From: Octopus vulgaris
Taxonomy: Eukaryota
DNA length: 64,000 bases
NCBI GenBank assembly: GCA_951406725.2
Contig: OX597817.1
Coordinates: forward strand, 169,632,001 to 169,696,000
Reading direction: 5' to 3'
Each line of letters begins with the position of its first letter. Positions within the stretch are counted from its first letter, which is position 1. The position numbers and the translations under genes are program-made. The notes beneath the pieces were generated by a model. It saw only the letters and a program-made list of their open reading frames with translations. It was not told where the DNA came from and made no database searches. Shown here piece after piece: positions 1 through 13,951 of the stretch.

Positions 1-183
1 TAGTTTGAATCGATGAAATGAAGTTTCTTGATATTGTATTAATCCATAATAGAATATTCCAGAAGCTATACTGGACAATGTGTGCAAATTCCCCAAATTC
101 ACATATCCTTGAAATAAATATGACTTCAAAACAGCAAAAACATTGAAAATGTGATATCTGCAAGAAGAATTACTTGTGGTCAT
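1..183 (-). CDS. Candidate first coding segment of an unidentified gene; runs off the window edge
   Basis: ATG at 183-181 followed by 61 stop-free codons in non-repetitive sequence (MTTSNSSCRYHIFNVFAVLKSYLFQGYVNLGNLHTLSSIASGIFYYGLIQYQETSFHRFKL...). No family recognised. Confidence 0.3.
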   Translation of the reverse strand, partial: MTTSNSSCRYHIFNVFAVLKSYLFQGYVNLGNLHTLSSIASGIFYYGLIQYQETSFHRFKL

Positions 184-576
184 TAGAATTATTTTTCAAA
201 AACAAGAACAATGCAAAAAAAAATAAATAAATGAATAAATAAAAATATAAATAACAAAAATAAAAAAGACAAAGAAAAAAGGCAAAAAAATAAATAAATA
301 AATAAACAAGCAATGCAAATTTCGTATTCTGTGAAACCTGATACAACATTGTGGTTGCTGTTGTTGTTGCTGTCATTGTTAATGTTGTTGCTGTTGTTGT
401 TGTTGTGATGGAGTAAGATATTTTTCTTTGAAACTGAATTCCTATAGCAATATCTCTCATCAACCCGATGATGCTAAATGTTCCAAGAAGAACAACACCA
501 AAATCGATTCCATAATACTGAATATAATCATACAGACAGACCACACTCACACACACACACAACACACATGCATGGA

Positions 577-614
<38 letters not shown>

Positions 615-769
615 CCTCTCTATAGCACGTAATAATCTTGGCCTCATTTTTCATGACAAAAATGACAGTAATATATTTAATAATTAAAACAGCAGAACTA
701 AATGATTATAATGATGTGAACAATTAAGTGGAAATGTAAGAAATTATACTGACTTCACTATTAAATTAA

Positions 770-1139
770 AGAGACTGTACGGTAAGATGTTTGTTTCCCA
801 ACCACATCATTCTGGGTTCAGTCTCACTGTGTGGTACCTTGGGTAAGTGTCTTCTACTATAACCTCGGGCCAGCCAAAGCCTTGTGAGTGAATTTAGCAG
901 AAGGAAACTGAAAGAAGCCTTTCTTATGTGTGTATGTCTTTGTGTCTGCATTTGTCCACCACCACTTGAAAACTGATATTGGTATGTTTACATCCCTGTA
1001 ATTTAGCAGTACAGCAAAAGAGACTGATAAAATAAGTTCCAAGCTTTAAAAAATATATACTGGAGTCAATTCATTTGACTAAAATTCTTTCCCAGCTTGG
1101 CCGCCATCCAATGACTGAAACAAGTCCAAGATAAAAGAC
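770..1139 (+). mobile_element. SINE family A (tRNA-like head, CORE-like 'accttgggcaagt' segment), diverged copy
   Basis: Homologous to the copies at 29761 and 32614 (ggttcagtc..ccttgggtaagtgtcttctactata..gactgaaacaag). Confidence 0.75.
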
Positions 1140-1154
1140 ATATATGTATATATA

Positions 1155-1495
1155 GCACCATTCGAACATAGCTGATGCCTGATGCCAGTGCCGCTTGACT
1201 GGCACCCATGTCAGTTGCACATAAAAAGTACCATTTGAGTGTGGCTGATGTCAGTTCCGCTTGACTGGCTCCCATGCTGGTGGCACATAAAAACCACCCA
1301 CTACACTCTGGGAGTGGTTGGCATTAGGAAGGGCATCTAGCTGTAGAAACCTTGCCAAATCAGATTGGAGCCTGGTGCAGCCTCCCAGCTTGCCAGTTCT
1401 CAGTCAAACCGTCCAACCCATGGCAGCATGAAAAGCGGACGTTAAACGGTGATGATGATGATGATGATGATGATGATGGTGATAATGATGATGAT
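1155..1495 (+). mobile_element. RTE LINE 3' end (family B) with (GAT)n tail
   Basis: ggagtggttggcattaggaagggcatc...ggacgttaaacg(atg)n, shared with many copies in the window. Confidence 0.75.
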
Positions 1496-2110
1496 ATATA
1501 TACATATCACTAGTAAAGGTAAAATGGTCAGGTAGACAAAGATATTGCATTATCAGCTCATAGATAATGAATTCAAATCCACAATATGTAGTCATTGTTA
1601 GGAATGGGTACCTGATCATCTAGAAATGTTACCTGTGTTAGGTAGGTGCCTACCTAACCACTCAGTTCATATTATGATACCTTAACAAATACATAATCAT
1701 AAAAAGGGATATTTAAGTTGTAAGGAAACTTTTTTTAAATATAGATATTAGCATATCCTGTTTATACATGTATAGATACATGAAATATATACTTGAGTAT
1801 ATATGCTGTGTATATGAATGCTAACCTGTATTCTGTATGTGCAGGAATAATTGCATTTATATGAGTTTATACATATACAAAGGCACACATATATATTTAT
1901 TTACTGTGTACCAGAACATAATACACATGTATGAATATGTGTATATATATTATGTAGTTGGTTAAGACTTGTTAGAAAGTGACTTGGTTTCACATCTATT
2001 ATTGCCCTGATATATACAGATTGCAGCAGAAAGATTACCTCGATTTCAAATTATTAATCTTTGAAATTGGGGCAACCTTTCTGCCACATCCTGTATATAT
2101 ATATATATAT

Positions 2111-2421
2111 AAAAAGAAATGAAGAAAATGCTGACAAAATAATTTAAGTAAGGGAGAGTGTATTTAATTAGGTGAAAGTTCTTTTTACCGGTTGCGCATT
2201 TGTTATGCTTATCAAAAGATATTTTCTTAAGAGAGATAGAGTTCCTTTCTGATAGATTTTTTTCTCTTAAAAAAATATCTTTTGATAAGCATAACAAATG
2301 CGCAACCGGTAAAAAGAACTTTCACCTAATTAAATACACTCTCCCTTACTTAAATTATTTTGTCAGCATTTTCTTCATTTCTTTTTTATATATCACAACT
2401 CATGTTCCACATCTCCTTTTT

Positions 2422-2424
<3 letters not shown>
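2111..2424 (+). mobile_element. Palindromic Penelope-like pLTR element with hammerhead-like cores
   Basis: ~125-bp near-perfect inverted arms (2111-2235 / 2262-2386), a short unique tail, and (TA)n on both sides. Each arm has TTGATAA-gcat/atgc-GCAA-CCGG-TA. Confidence 0.6.
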
Positions 2425-2484
<60 letters not shown>

Positions 2485-2594
2485 ATATTGTCTGATGTCA
2501 TAAGAATTTATAAAATTTCAAGAGATTGTGAAATAGTCTTTTATTGGAACCAGATCTCAAAGTACATATTAAGCTATAAATAATAGCCTGTGGT

Positions 2595-2875
2595 GTGGAG
2601 GCACATGGCGTAGTGGTTAGGGTGTTGAATTCACAATCATAAGATTGTGGTTTCGATTCCTGGACATGTCGATGCATTGTGATCTCAACCAAAACACTTC
2701 ATTTCATATTGTTCCAGTCCACTCAGCTGTAGAAATGAGTACCACTAGTGGAGGTGTGTTGCTTAGTGGTCAGGATTCACGATTGTAAGGTTGTAGTTTC
2801 GATCCCTAGACCAGGTGATCTGTTGTGTTCTTAAGTAAAACACTTCATTTCACATTGCTCTAGTCCACTCAGTTT
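2595..2875 (+). mobile_element. Two diverged tandem tRNA-derived SINE heads (family E-like)
   Basis: tggaggcacatggcgtagtggttagg...ttcgattcc A/B-box-like heads followed by aaaacacttcatttca..ccagtccactcag. Confidence 0.6.
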
Positions 2876-3082
2876 ATCCTGGAGAATAATGGGCTCCACT
2901 AGGCTTTTTCACCTACATATGCTACATGGCTGCAGAACTCCAGTGGGCCACAAGGGGTTAAGGGACTTGTCAAAGTATTAGGTTGAAAAACACTTTGAGA
3001 TAGAAAAATATATACATACTATTATTTGTAGGTTTATATGTGCTTCAAAATCTAGTTCCACAAAAGAAAACTATATACATAC

Positions 3083-3139
<57 letters not shown>

Positions 3140-3588
3140 GAGTATATTTGTGTTGTGGATATGTGTATAAGAAATCTGATGATATATAAATTGTGCACAT
3201 GTGATATATATGCACGTGTGTGTGTATGTGCTAAAACACAAATGTATGTAGACATAAACATATACAGTTCCTTGGGTGAATACATGTGTGACTATATACA
3301 CAGCTGTACATGCACGTATCTATGTATATAGTTTGACACTTGCATTGTTATTATAGACATTATTATCAGCATCATTATCATCACTGACATTATCATCATC
3401 GTCATCATCATTATTATCAACAACATCATCCCTGTAACATCACTAAAGACTGAGATTTTAGATCCACTTGTGCCACAATCTTGACAATAACATTTTCTGC
3501 CGGAATATGAAGAAGACATCAATGAATGTGAGATGTCAGATAACTAATCAATATACATACATACATATACATACATACATATATACAT

Positions 3589-3619
<31 letters not shown>

Positions 3620-3622
3620 CAC

Positions 3623-3667
<45 letters not shown>

Positions 3668-4076
3668 TACACAATCAATGCATATATGTAAGTGTAAATG
3701 TATGCATCTGTATGTGTGTATGATATATATATATATGATATATATTATATATATATATATATATATATGTATTTATATATGTATATTAGATATTTAATGT
3801 CATCATCTAACATTTCATTTAATTGCTGTAGATGAATATACGCACCTACACACATGCATATATATTTATATGTGTGTGTATGTATACATATATATACGTA
3901 GTAAAAATTTAATTACATCATCTAACATTTCATTTATTTGCCCTAGAGCTGTGTGTGTAAGTATGTATGTATGTATATATATAGACATACATGCATACAT
4001 ATATATATATATATATATGTATATGTATGTGTGCATATATATATACATGCATACATTTATATATATATATACATGC

Positions 4077-4111
<35 letters not shown>

Positions 4112-5913
4112 CATACACATACATGGATAGGTAAATGCATATATATATGTGGGTATATATACAGACATACATGCACACACACACACTAACCTTTACTCAC
4201 AAATACACAATGTATGTGTGTGTGCAGGCACATTGGCCTGTGTGCATATGCACATGTGTGTGTGTAGAATATGCCAGATATATTTCAGAAAAGCCTAATA
4301 TATTCCATAATCTGGGTCTGTTTATATGAGTATTTCTGTATTGCTTGATAATCTGATAAACATTAAAGGTTGTAGTGGCGCCTTGTTGCACACAAATGGT
4401 ACCAGTGAAATACTGTATGATGAAAACAACACCTTACTCACCGCCAAAAAAAAAATACATATTAATGATAATTATAATAACAATAAAACCATTATCAAAC
4501 TCTAAAGAAATAAATATAAAATTTTCCTTTTTTAAAAAATGTAAAATGCAAAACTAGTAAAAGCTAACAAATTAAGATCATTTATATTTCTATGAAAGGA
4601 AATAATTATCGTAACACTGGAAATATTCAGATCATATTTATTTTTTGATGAAATAAAATTAGTAGAATTTCATTTTTTTTTTTGAATGTGTGTGTATGTG
4701 TACGTGTTTCTTCTTAGTAAACTCTCTTTAGATATATAGAAATAGATATCTTTATTCTCTTGTGAATCAAAAACCAAATTTATGAAAGAATGGAATTCAT
4801 TTTTTTTTTCTGAAATCGTATTTTGTTGTTATATTTTTAATTATATATACATATATATATTTATTTTTTGTTGTCTTTTTGGAGGTGCAGGTTTGGGGGA
4901 GGGATGGGTAAATTATGGAGGTGTTTAGCCAAAAATAAACCTGGCCAGGATGGGAAAGGGTGAAGACAGAATTGAATCATAGAAAGTAGAATTCAAAATG
5001 TCCTACACCTCTTTTTTGCTACCTTGGCCTTGGCAAACCTCAATTAAGATAGTAGATTGATAATTAATGATGATGTGTTAATGACAATAATAATAATAAA
5101 ATCAGAGGATTTTGTCACCAACTTCCGCCTTCCAAACCAAAGCAATAACTAAAGCATGTCATCTTTTCTTTGAGGACGGGTATGGGCGGGTACAATGGTT
5201 TTTTTTTCTATGTAAATAAAATATCTATTGTAATCACAGGAATTATCAGTAGTAGTAGTAATAATGGTAGTAGTAGTAGTAGTAGTTGTTGTGGCTGGTA
5301 GAATCAATAGAGTGGCGGACAGGTGAACTGTGACTAAAATACCTTGTGGTATTTATTTATCTTTATATTCTGAGTTTAAAAAATTTTTTTTTGCCTTTTA
5401 TCCCCTCCCACTGCATGGTGGTGATTAAATAGGTACCACTCATATAATGGGATTGATTTTATAGATTATACATCCCCTACAAATTTCAGGCCTTGCACCA
5501 ATTTAAGAACTATAATGGTTATCGATATTATTATTATTATTATTATTATTACTAGTAGTAATAATAGCAGTAGTAATTCTTAATAATATTAGTAGTAACA
5601 GGAGTTATAACATAAATCATAATGGCAGCAGCAATAGTTTTCATAGTAGTAGTTGTGGTTATAGTAGCACAATGGCTGTGGTGGTGCTGGTGGTGATGGT
5701 CATGTTACCAGCAAACAGAACTAACATTTATAAAAAATAAAAAAGTTTTTTTTTTTCTTTCTTTATAACCATGTTATGATAATCATAATTAAATGCTCAT
5801 TTCTCTTTGTCTTTCTGTTCATTTCTCCTGCCCTCTCCCCCTCTATCCCTGTCTCTTTCTCTTCCTCTTTCTCTTTTCTGACTCTCTCTCTCTTTCTAGC
5901 TCCTGACTTTTTC

Positions 5914-5948
<35 letters not shown>

Positions 5949-6078
5949 ACTTATTTACATTCACTTCAGCAATATTTCAGAAAACATTTTACAGAGTATG
6001 TAGTTTAAATGCCAATTGTAGTTAGTATAGAAAGTAGTATCAGTACATATATATACATATATATATATATACATACAC

Positions 6079-6109
<31 letters not shown>

Positions 6110-6145
6110 CATACATACATATATATATGCATGTGTGTGTGTATA

Positions 6146-6192
<47 letters not shown>

Positions 6193-6360
6193 TGATGGAT
6201 GTATATAGTCCAATAACAAACAGCAGTGTTTTCAAAAATTGTCTTGTATTTTTCTACTTGAATTAGATACATTTTGGAAGATTTCTTCTCTGCAATGCTC
6301 ATAGAGTTACACACATTTATGAGCAGACGTACATACATGCATACATACAAACACACAATC

Positions 6361-6396
<36 letters not shown>

Positions 6397-6627
6397 AGCA
6401 TGTATACATGCATACACCTACACATACATATAATTATTGAGTGCTGTGAAGTGGCAAGGAAGATATATTTGAAACATTTTGATGTATATATTCTATAACT
6501 ATTTTATCTTGAATTTGGTATCTGATACGACAATAAAATTCAGTCTTCATAACCCACAATCAACATCACAGACACATATACACACATTTACGCAACACAC
6601 AAACACACATACATATTTATATATATG

Positions 6628-6804
<177 letters not shown>

Positions 6805-7060
6805 TTACATATATATATATAGACACACAGGCATACATATCTATATTTGCATATGTGTTTCAAGTGACAAACTGTTGATGTGATTCCCTTAAAACAATTC
6901 CTGCTAACGATACTTATGAAACATCATTCTAACACATGGTGAACAATGATATCCTTCGTCACATCAACAAAGGACTTTCTTTAGATGGAAATTTCATTAA
7001 AAGAATGGATTAAATGAACACATACCTGTGTTTGTGTTTGTATGTGTGTTTGTGCGCTTG

Positions 7061-7091
<31 letters not shown>

Positions 7092-7252
7092 ACATGTGTG
7101 CGTATAAATATATTTACCTATATACATGTAAACATACATACACATACACACACACACATATATATGTGTGTATAGTGTGTATGAATGTATGTATGCATGC
7201 ATATATATATATATACACACACACATATATATATATATATACACATATATAC

Positions 7253-7310
<58 letters not shown>

Positions 7311-8178
7311 TAAAGATTACCTGAGGAGTTTCTTGATCTCATAGCAACAAAGAGTTCTTCAAAATTATGCTGAAAGAGTTCCTTAATGTTTTGACAAAAA
7401 AAAAAAAACTTTTGCCAAAACTCACACATGAAGTTGCTATGAAGTTATTTTTTATTTAAAAATTTTTTTTTATTTAATGTTTTAGCCATAATGTTGTATG
7501 CTAATGTACAGACATTTTTTTATTTATTTATATATTTTTTTTCCAATTCTTACTGAAGTCAACCTACTGCTGTACTGTAATAATGTATGATTGCTAGTTA
7601 TTGCACCCTCTTTCACGATTGATTTTAGTCTTTTGACAACGTTCTTTCCTAAAGCATTCTTTCCCTTCTTCTTAAAAAAATAAATGATATCCATACATGA
7701 GATCCTCCCTACCAATGTAGTCTATATTTATTGGAATCAATCAGACCCTTTTTTTTTTTTGATCTGCCAATGAATTTCCAATAATATAAAATATCAATAC
7801 CCCAACTAGCCTGGGTTCTTTTTCACTCACAACCACAACAAAGGATATGGATGAAACTGTGGACTGAAATGAATCAAGCTATGTACCATACATGCATACA
7901 TAAGATTAGATTTAATGGCAAATATTGTTAGCATATGCAAATATATATATTTTTAGATTTTCAGCTATTAGTTGAATTATATATATATATATACATATAC
8001 ACACACACACATATATATATGTATGTATATATTCAGTTTGTACCCTGTATCTTATATTGAGTACTTTTCCTCTTGTTTGTTATAAACAATATATATACAT
8101 ATATATATGTATATATTTATGAATGTGTGTCTGCATATGTATGCTTGTGTATTTGTATATATTATGTATATGTATGTT

Positions 8179-8214
<36 letters not shown>

Positions 8215-9085
8215 TGTATATATGTATGCATGTATATACATAAGTATGTGTACATGCATGTATATAGGTGCTAAAATATTTGGCACAAAAAAAACAACTT
8301 CAACAACATAAAATGCCTGATGAATTTATGGGTAGGCAAACCCTGAGTTGAAAAATCAAAAATGGAAAGAAAAAACCCCAATATTTACTAACAATAATTC
8401 AGTGCAATCATCAACAATAACAACAGCAATAAAAAAACAACAATCAATAACATATATAAAAAAAATATGAATTGTGTATTACAAGCTAAACGTGAGGTTC
8501 CAATTTGTGGAACCCCTTCAAGAAAAAGTTGATAAACAAGGATGAGCTTGTATTTTGTTGCTAATCTATCAAACAACCCTTCTTATAAAAAGCCAATAGC
8601 AATAATTCTTTTCATTGCACTCAGAACTTAGCATGATTTTGAAAGTTCTCTTGTCCACATGACTATTGCTGATGTCATGATGTCATTAATTTGATGAAAC
8701 TTACATAAGTTCTGAGTTGCAACTAAAAACATATTATAATCACACAACTTATATTTCACTCTTAACTGGATTAGTAACTGATCCAGCTCTATAGTATTAA
8801 TACAATCTTGGGTAATTTCAACATAAGATATAACATATCATAAAAGCATTACCTTATGCCTTTGTAATATATATTATAACAATTGGTTACTGAAGAGACC
8901 GAATAATCTAAATAAATTGATGCTGTAGATGTTATTGTTCCTCTATATTTGTAATATAATGTCCTATGTCACAAAGTGGTGGCTGCTATACCACTGTAAG
9001 ACTATACCACTAATTTACTGCTGAAGTGTTAATATATGTATGTGTATGTATTTGTTTACATATGCCCACATAGTGTTGACATATG

Positions 9086-9132
<47 letters not shown>

Positions 9133-9222
9133 CTACTCAATTATAAATGAAGATATATATTTGCATAGTATAATATATGTTGATATATACATATATATTT
9201 ATATGTGTGTGTGTATATATAT

Positions 9223-9319
<97 letters not shown>

Positions 9320-9335
9320 AAATATATAAATATGC

Positions 9336-9367
<32 letters not shown>

Positions 9368-9517
9368 ATATATATATATATATATTAATAGGACACAGGA
9401 CTTCAAGTTTCTGTGTCAACGGTAATCAGCACACCTTTTCATGTCAGTTTGTCAATATATATATATATATATATATATATGCATGTGTGTGTATGTGTGT
9501 GTATGTGTGTGTAAGTA

Positions 9518-9562
<45 letters not shown>

Positions 9563-9999
9563 TCACACATACACAAACACACATGTACACATATAAATAT
9601 GAACACATATTTACATGGTGCAAAAATTTTTGAATATATGTATGTCTACACTTGTCTAAAATGTAAGTAGATACCTATGTAGTGTTTATATTTGAGTATA
9701 TTCTATGCACTATATAAACATATATATGTGTACATATAATTTCTACAGTTGAGTATAAGTCTTCAGTATCTAAACACAGATGTATGCCTACATAGTATAA
9801 ATGTGGTTATACATATATAAGTGTGTGTGTGTATATACAAATACACATGCACACACACACACACACACACTCGTACACACACACACATAACACATACATA
9901 CAAGCATATAAATATACATGCATATACATACATATACATATATATGTGTACACGTGTGTGTGAATATATATATATGTATATGTATGTATGTGTGTGTAT

Positions 10000-10030
<31 letters not shown>

Positions 10031-10036
10031 AACATA

Positions 10037-10138
<102 letters not shown>

Positions 10139-11459
10139 TACATATATATGCACAGTATCTAGATGTTGATATATCACCACATAGTGTGTGGTTAAATGTG
10201 GTTATATATACCAACATATTGTATGCCTCAACATCATGTTTAGATATAAGTATGTCTGTGTGTACACAAGCTAGGTGGATAGAGAGGATATATAGAGGCG
10301 TGTATGTCAAATATATAGACAACTTGTTTAGTAATTGGTTGTATGAAGTCTGTTAGTGAAGACTACTTTCTATCTGAATTGATGTCCAATAAACACATTG
10401 TGGAAGCACTCCGTCGGTTACGACGATGAGAGTTCCGGTTGATCTGAATCACATGGTACTGTGTGTGAGAATAAACACAGAATCAGTGATGAGAAACAAT
10501 GTTTGTTCATCTTAGACTTTAGGTATTTATTCTTCTTCTTACAATCACAATAGTTTGACCAATTAGAATTGTAATTTTAATTTTAGAAAACAGTTTTCTT
10601 CACAACAACAACAACAGCTCCTGAAAAAAAGATGTCAAAAAAATATATCAATACAATATTAGTTTGGAAAAAGTGAAACAAACGAGAAAAAAAAATGAAA
10701 AAGGAAAAAAAAAAAATGACTGAAATTTTATGGAAAACAAAAATGAAAAAAAAAATCAATCAAATAAATCTAACAAGAAGGACAAATAAACAAATAATAA
10801 ACAAAAAGATACAATTGAATAAATGCAAAAATAAAAAAAAAAAGCAGCCAAAAATGTCACAGGTGACTTACAGGCAAGACATTAGTTGTTAAAGATGTAA
10901 GATGTATGTGCAGCAGTGATTAATCTGCAATTCTTGTTACATCAAGATGGAGATACCAGATGAAAAATTATAAACAAATATATTTGGTTTTAAGGATGGC
11001 AAAGAATGTCAAAGTTAGACCTGCATCGTTACTGTGGCCTGACTGTCGTCTTCTTTTTTTTCTTTTTTCTTTTTTTTTTTTTTCCGGCAGCAACTGTTTG
11101 TTCGTTGCTCAGTTTGTGGTTGATTCAGAAATTATTTGGTGAAGACTTCATACTATTTGAAGTCATTATAAAAACTCATGTGCAATAATGTCTTTCTTTA
11201 ATTTCAGTATTATAATAAATATCAATCCGTCTTGTTTTTTCCTCTGAGTTGATTTTCATTTGAATTACTTTGAAAATCTCAAAATTTATGCTCATCTTTG
11301 TATTTGCACTGTCTTTTATATTTTGCTTGTTTCACTTATTGGACTGTAACCATGCTTGAAGTGCTTAGCAAGGCAAATGAACCACAATACTTATATATAT
11401 ATATATATATATATATAACCCATGCTAGCATGGAAAACGGACGCTAAACGATGATGATG

Positions 11460-11487
<28 letters not shown>

Positions 11488-11491
<4 letters not shown>

Positions 11492-12514
11492 AGGGACCTC
11501 CAACGAAAGCTGTTACGGAATCCCACCTGCCGTCGCTCGAACTCGCCAACCCGGGATCCCAACAAGTCGAGTGACGACGATTGACCAGGCTCGAATCGAT
11601 TGGCGAGTGTTCGCCACGGAACCCAGAGAGGAGAGAGACAACAACTACAACAACAGCTGCAAGAAGAGACACAGAGGCAACCGAGAGAGATACAAAGAAG
11701 GCAATTGGCTCACATTTAACGTACTAGTTTATAACACTTAATAATTGTTACAACATCAATTACATATCAGATACATCAAATGCAATAACAACAGCATTTA
11801 AAGAGTACACGTCGAATTAAACAACAAGTCAATACATTATACAGTCCGGAGACAACAGTTCTGTTTCAAATCACATTAACGTTACAGTTCAAAGGACATT
11901 AAAGGCATAAACAGATCAATGTTCATTACACAGTTCTCTTTTGCCTTAACAGTTCTGTAACACATATCAACACAGTTCACATTGTTCTTTTTACTGTCTC
12001 GTTTCTTTTACATTTCAATACATCGATTCTTTTTCCTTCTTTTTCTTCACATATCAATACAACAATTCACGTACCGTTCAGTTCCTACTATAACAGCCAA
12101 TGTCTCATATTGTACCCCATCTCTCTTAGTGCTGCTAAATCCAACCGCTTGCCCTGACTCCCAAATACCGACTGCCAAAACCTCACTTGCTCTGTCCTCC
12201 TGCCTCGTCACTACCCCAATCTCTCTCTGCTAGAACTCCCTCAGTTCCTTAATCTGTCTTCCTCTTTCACATTCTCTATCATTCTCTCGCTTGTCAGCTC
12301 CTCAGATTCCTTAATCTGTCTTCCTCAGCCCTCAACATTTCTCTCACTGTCTCTCACAAACTGAACTCTAATTCACCTGACAGGGCCAAAGGTCCCCTAA
12401 AAGCCATCACTCTTCCGTAAACAAAGGACTATAACTTTGTATTGCAGACTTTCAGTCTCCAAGCCAGCAAAGTAGGTCGCAGCCAACTGTCCTTAGATTG
12501 AACCATTCATAGCA
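11488..12514. mobile_element. Solo LTR (Gypsy-like) inserted in a (TA)n tract
   Basis: Starts TGTTA, ends TAGCA (TG..CA termini), flanked by ATAT on both sides (11484-87, 12515-18); 1027 bp with no coding capacity. Confidence 0.65.
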
Positions 12515-12580
12515 ATATATATATATATATGGAAAAAAGTCAGGATAGAAAATGCTAAAAAAATTTTATAAAAAACATTT

Positions 12581-12616
12581 CAGTACCGGTTTCAGTCATT
12601 GAGACTTTTTCAACTG
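12581..12616 (-). ncRNA. Minimal type I hammerhead ribozyme motif (U3-A8 variant)
   Basis: Minus strand reads cag TTGAAAA agtc tcaat gact GAAA C CG G TA ctg: stem I cag/ctg, stem II agtc/gact, palindromic stem III ACCGGT. Confidence 0.6.
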
Positions 12617-12843
12617 TAACAATTAAAAGAAAAGATTTTTTAAAAAGAATATTTGTATAGTGTTCAAATACAAGGGGCATTTTTCTTGTTTCTGCCTGTC
12701 TCTCTCGAACCCATAAGAGTAAACAAGAGAGACAGAGACAGGCAGAAACAAGGAAAATGCCCCTTGTATTTGAACACTATACAAATATTCTTTTAAAAAA
12801 AACTTTTCTTTTAATTTTTCTAAAGTCAATTATTTAATTGTTA

Positions 12844-12879
12844 CAGTTGAAAAAGTCTCAATGACTGAAACTGGTACTG
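12844..12879 (+). ncRNA. Minimal type I hammerhead ribozyme motif (U3-A8 variant), mirror copy
   Basis: cag TTGAAAA agtc tcaat gact GAAA C TG G TA ctg. Confidence 0.55.
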
Positions 12880-12984
12880 AAATGTTTTTTATAAAATTAT
12901 TTTAGTATTTTCTATCTTGACTTTTTTTTTGCATATATATCAACTCGTGTGTTCCTTTTCATCCTTATACATGTATATATGTGC

Positions 12985-13019
<35 letters not shown>

Positions 13020-13026
<7 letters not shown>

Positions 13027-13228
13027 CAAGATAAGGGCAAAAGAAAAATTTTAATGCCAAATATGCCGAAAAAAGACAAAAATTGTCAATAACCATTATA
13101 ATTTATGCATCTCGTTCTTTTACCCTTACCTTGTAAATTATTTATAAATTTAACCTTTAAAGGTATTTTTTGATATGCTGGCCATTGATAAAATTTTTTT
13201 CCCGAAAAAAATTTTATCCTACATTAGT
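13020..13228 (+). repeat. Short inverted-repeat element with unique tail, in (TA)n
   Basis: aatttacaagataagggcaaaagaa ... ttcttttacccttaccttgtaaatt. Confidence 0.55.
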
Positions 13229-13259
<31 letters not shown>

Positions 13260-13261
13260 TT

Positions 13262-13463
13262 GTTGTGTCTGGGGAGAGTCATTTTCTTTTTGTGCCTTAT
13301 AATGTAACACACTCACCGGTAAAATTTCCACTTTTCTCTTATTTTTATTTTCCTAAAATTACATTATAAAGCACAAAAAGAAAATGACTCTCCCCAGACA
13401 CAACAGAATATGCTTCAACACACGAACTCAAATATAGAATCTTGCAAACCAAATCCCAAAATG

Positions 13464-13466
<3 letters not shown>
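13262..13466 (+). repeat. Inverted-repeat element (~45-bp arms) with unique tail, in (TA)n
   Basis: gttgtgtctggggagagtcattttctttttgtgc..ttataatgtaa vs ttacattataaagcacaaaaagaaaatgactctccccagacacaac. Confidence 0.7.
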
Positions 13467-13496
<30 letters not shown>

Positions 13497-13498
<2 letters not shown>

Positions 13499-13863
13499 CA
13501 AACACACAACATACGCAAGGTGTGTGTATTGTTAGTTTATCAAGTGTGCTGCATTTTTTTGAGATGTAAGAGAATATATTTTCAATGCCCCTGGTGTAAA
13601 ACACCTGAAAGCAAGTCATAGACAAGTGAGACAACTCACATGAAATCCCTTTTTTACGGAGCGACAGCCATCAATGTTTCATCATTGTTTTGACTTATCA
13701 ATGCCATCCTGAAAAAAAGGGCTTTGATGTGAGTTGTCTCTCTTGTCTATGACTTCCTTTCAAGGAGCATTGAGACTATATTCTCTTATGCCCCCTCCCC
13801 CCTCCCTCCCAATGCAGCTGTCCAATGAACTAACAACACACAAACCTTGTGTATGTGTGTGTT
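13497..13863. repeat. Older, degenerate palindromic element (~160-bp arms)
   Basis: aagtcatagacaagtgagacaactcacat vs atgtgagttgtctctcttgtctatgactt; taagagaatat vs atattctctta. Confidence 0.6.
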
Positions 13864-13951
13864 TTATTTTGTTTATATACCATGAGCTGCTTCTAATTCA
13901 TATTTGAATTTAGATGTATTAATATATATATATGTGTGTGTGTGTACATAT

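Larger units (their letters stand above)
12533..12970 (+). mobile_element. Palindromic Penelope-like pLTR element with two hammerhead motifs
   Basis: Inverted arms 12533-12706 / 12727-12930 plus a unique tail, flanked by (TA)n. Confidence 0.65.

Noticed and set aside
170-610. 146-aa hydrophobic ORF
   Set aside because: Built from (TG)n, (CAA)n and T-rich low-complexity stretches; more like UTR than coding sequence
3491-3547. EDINECE calcium-binding EGF-like peptide on the plus strand
   Set aside because: Only 18 codons between stops, lacks the other cysteines and usable splice sites; likely chance
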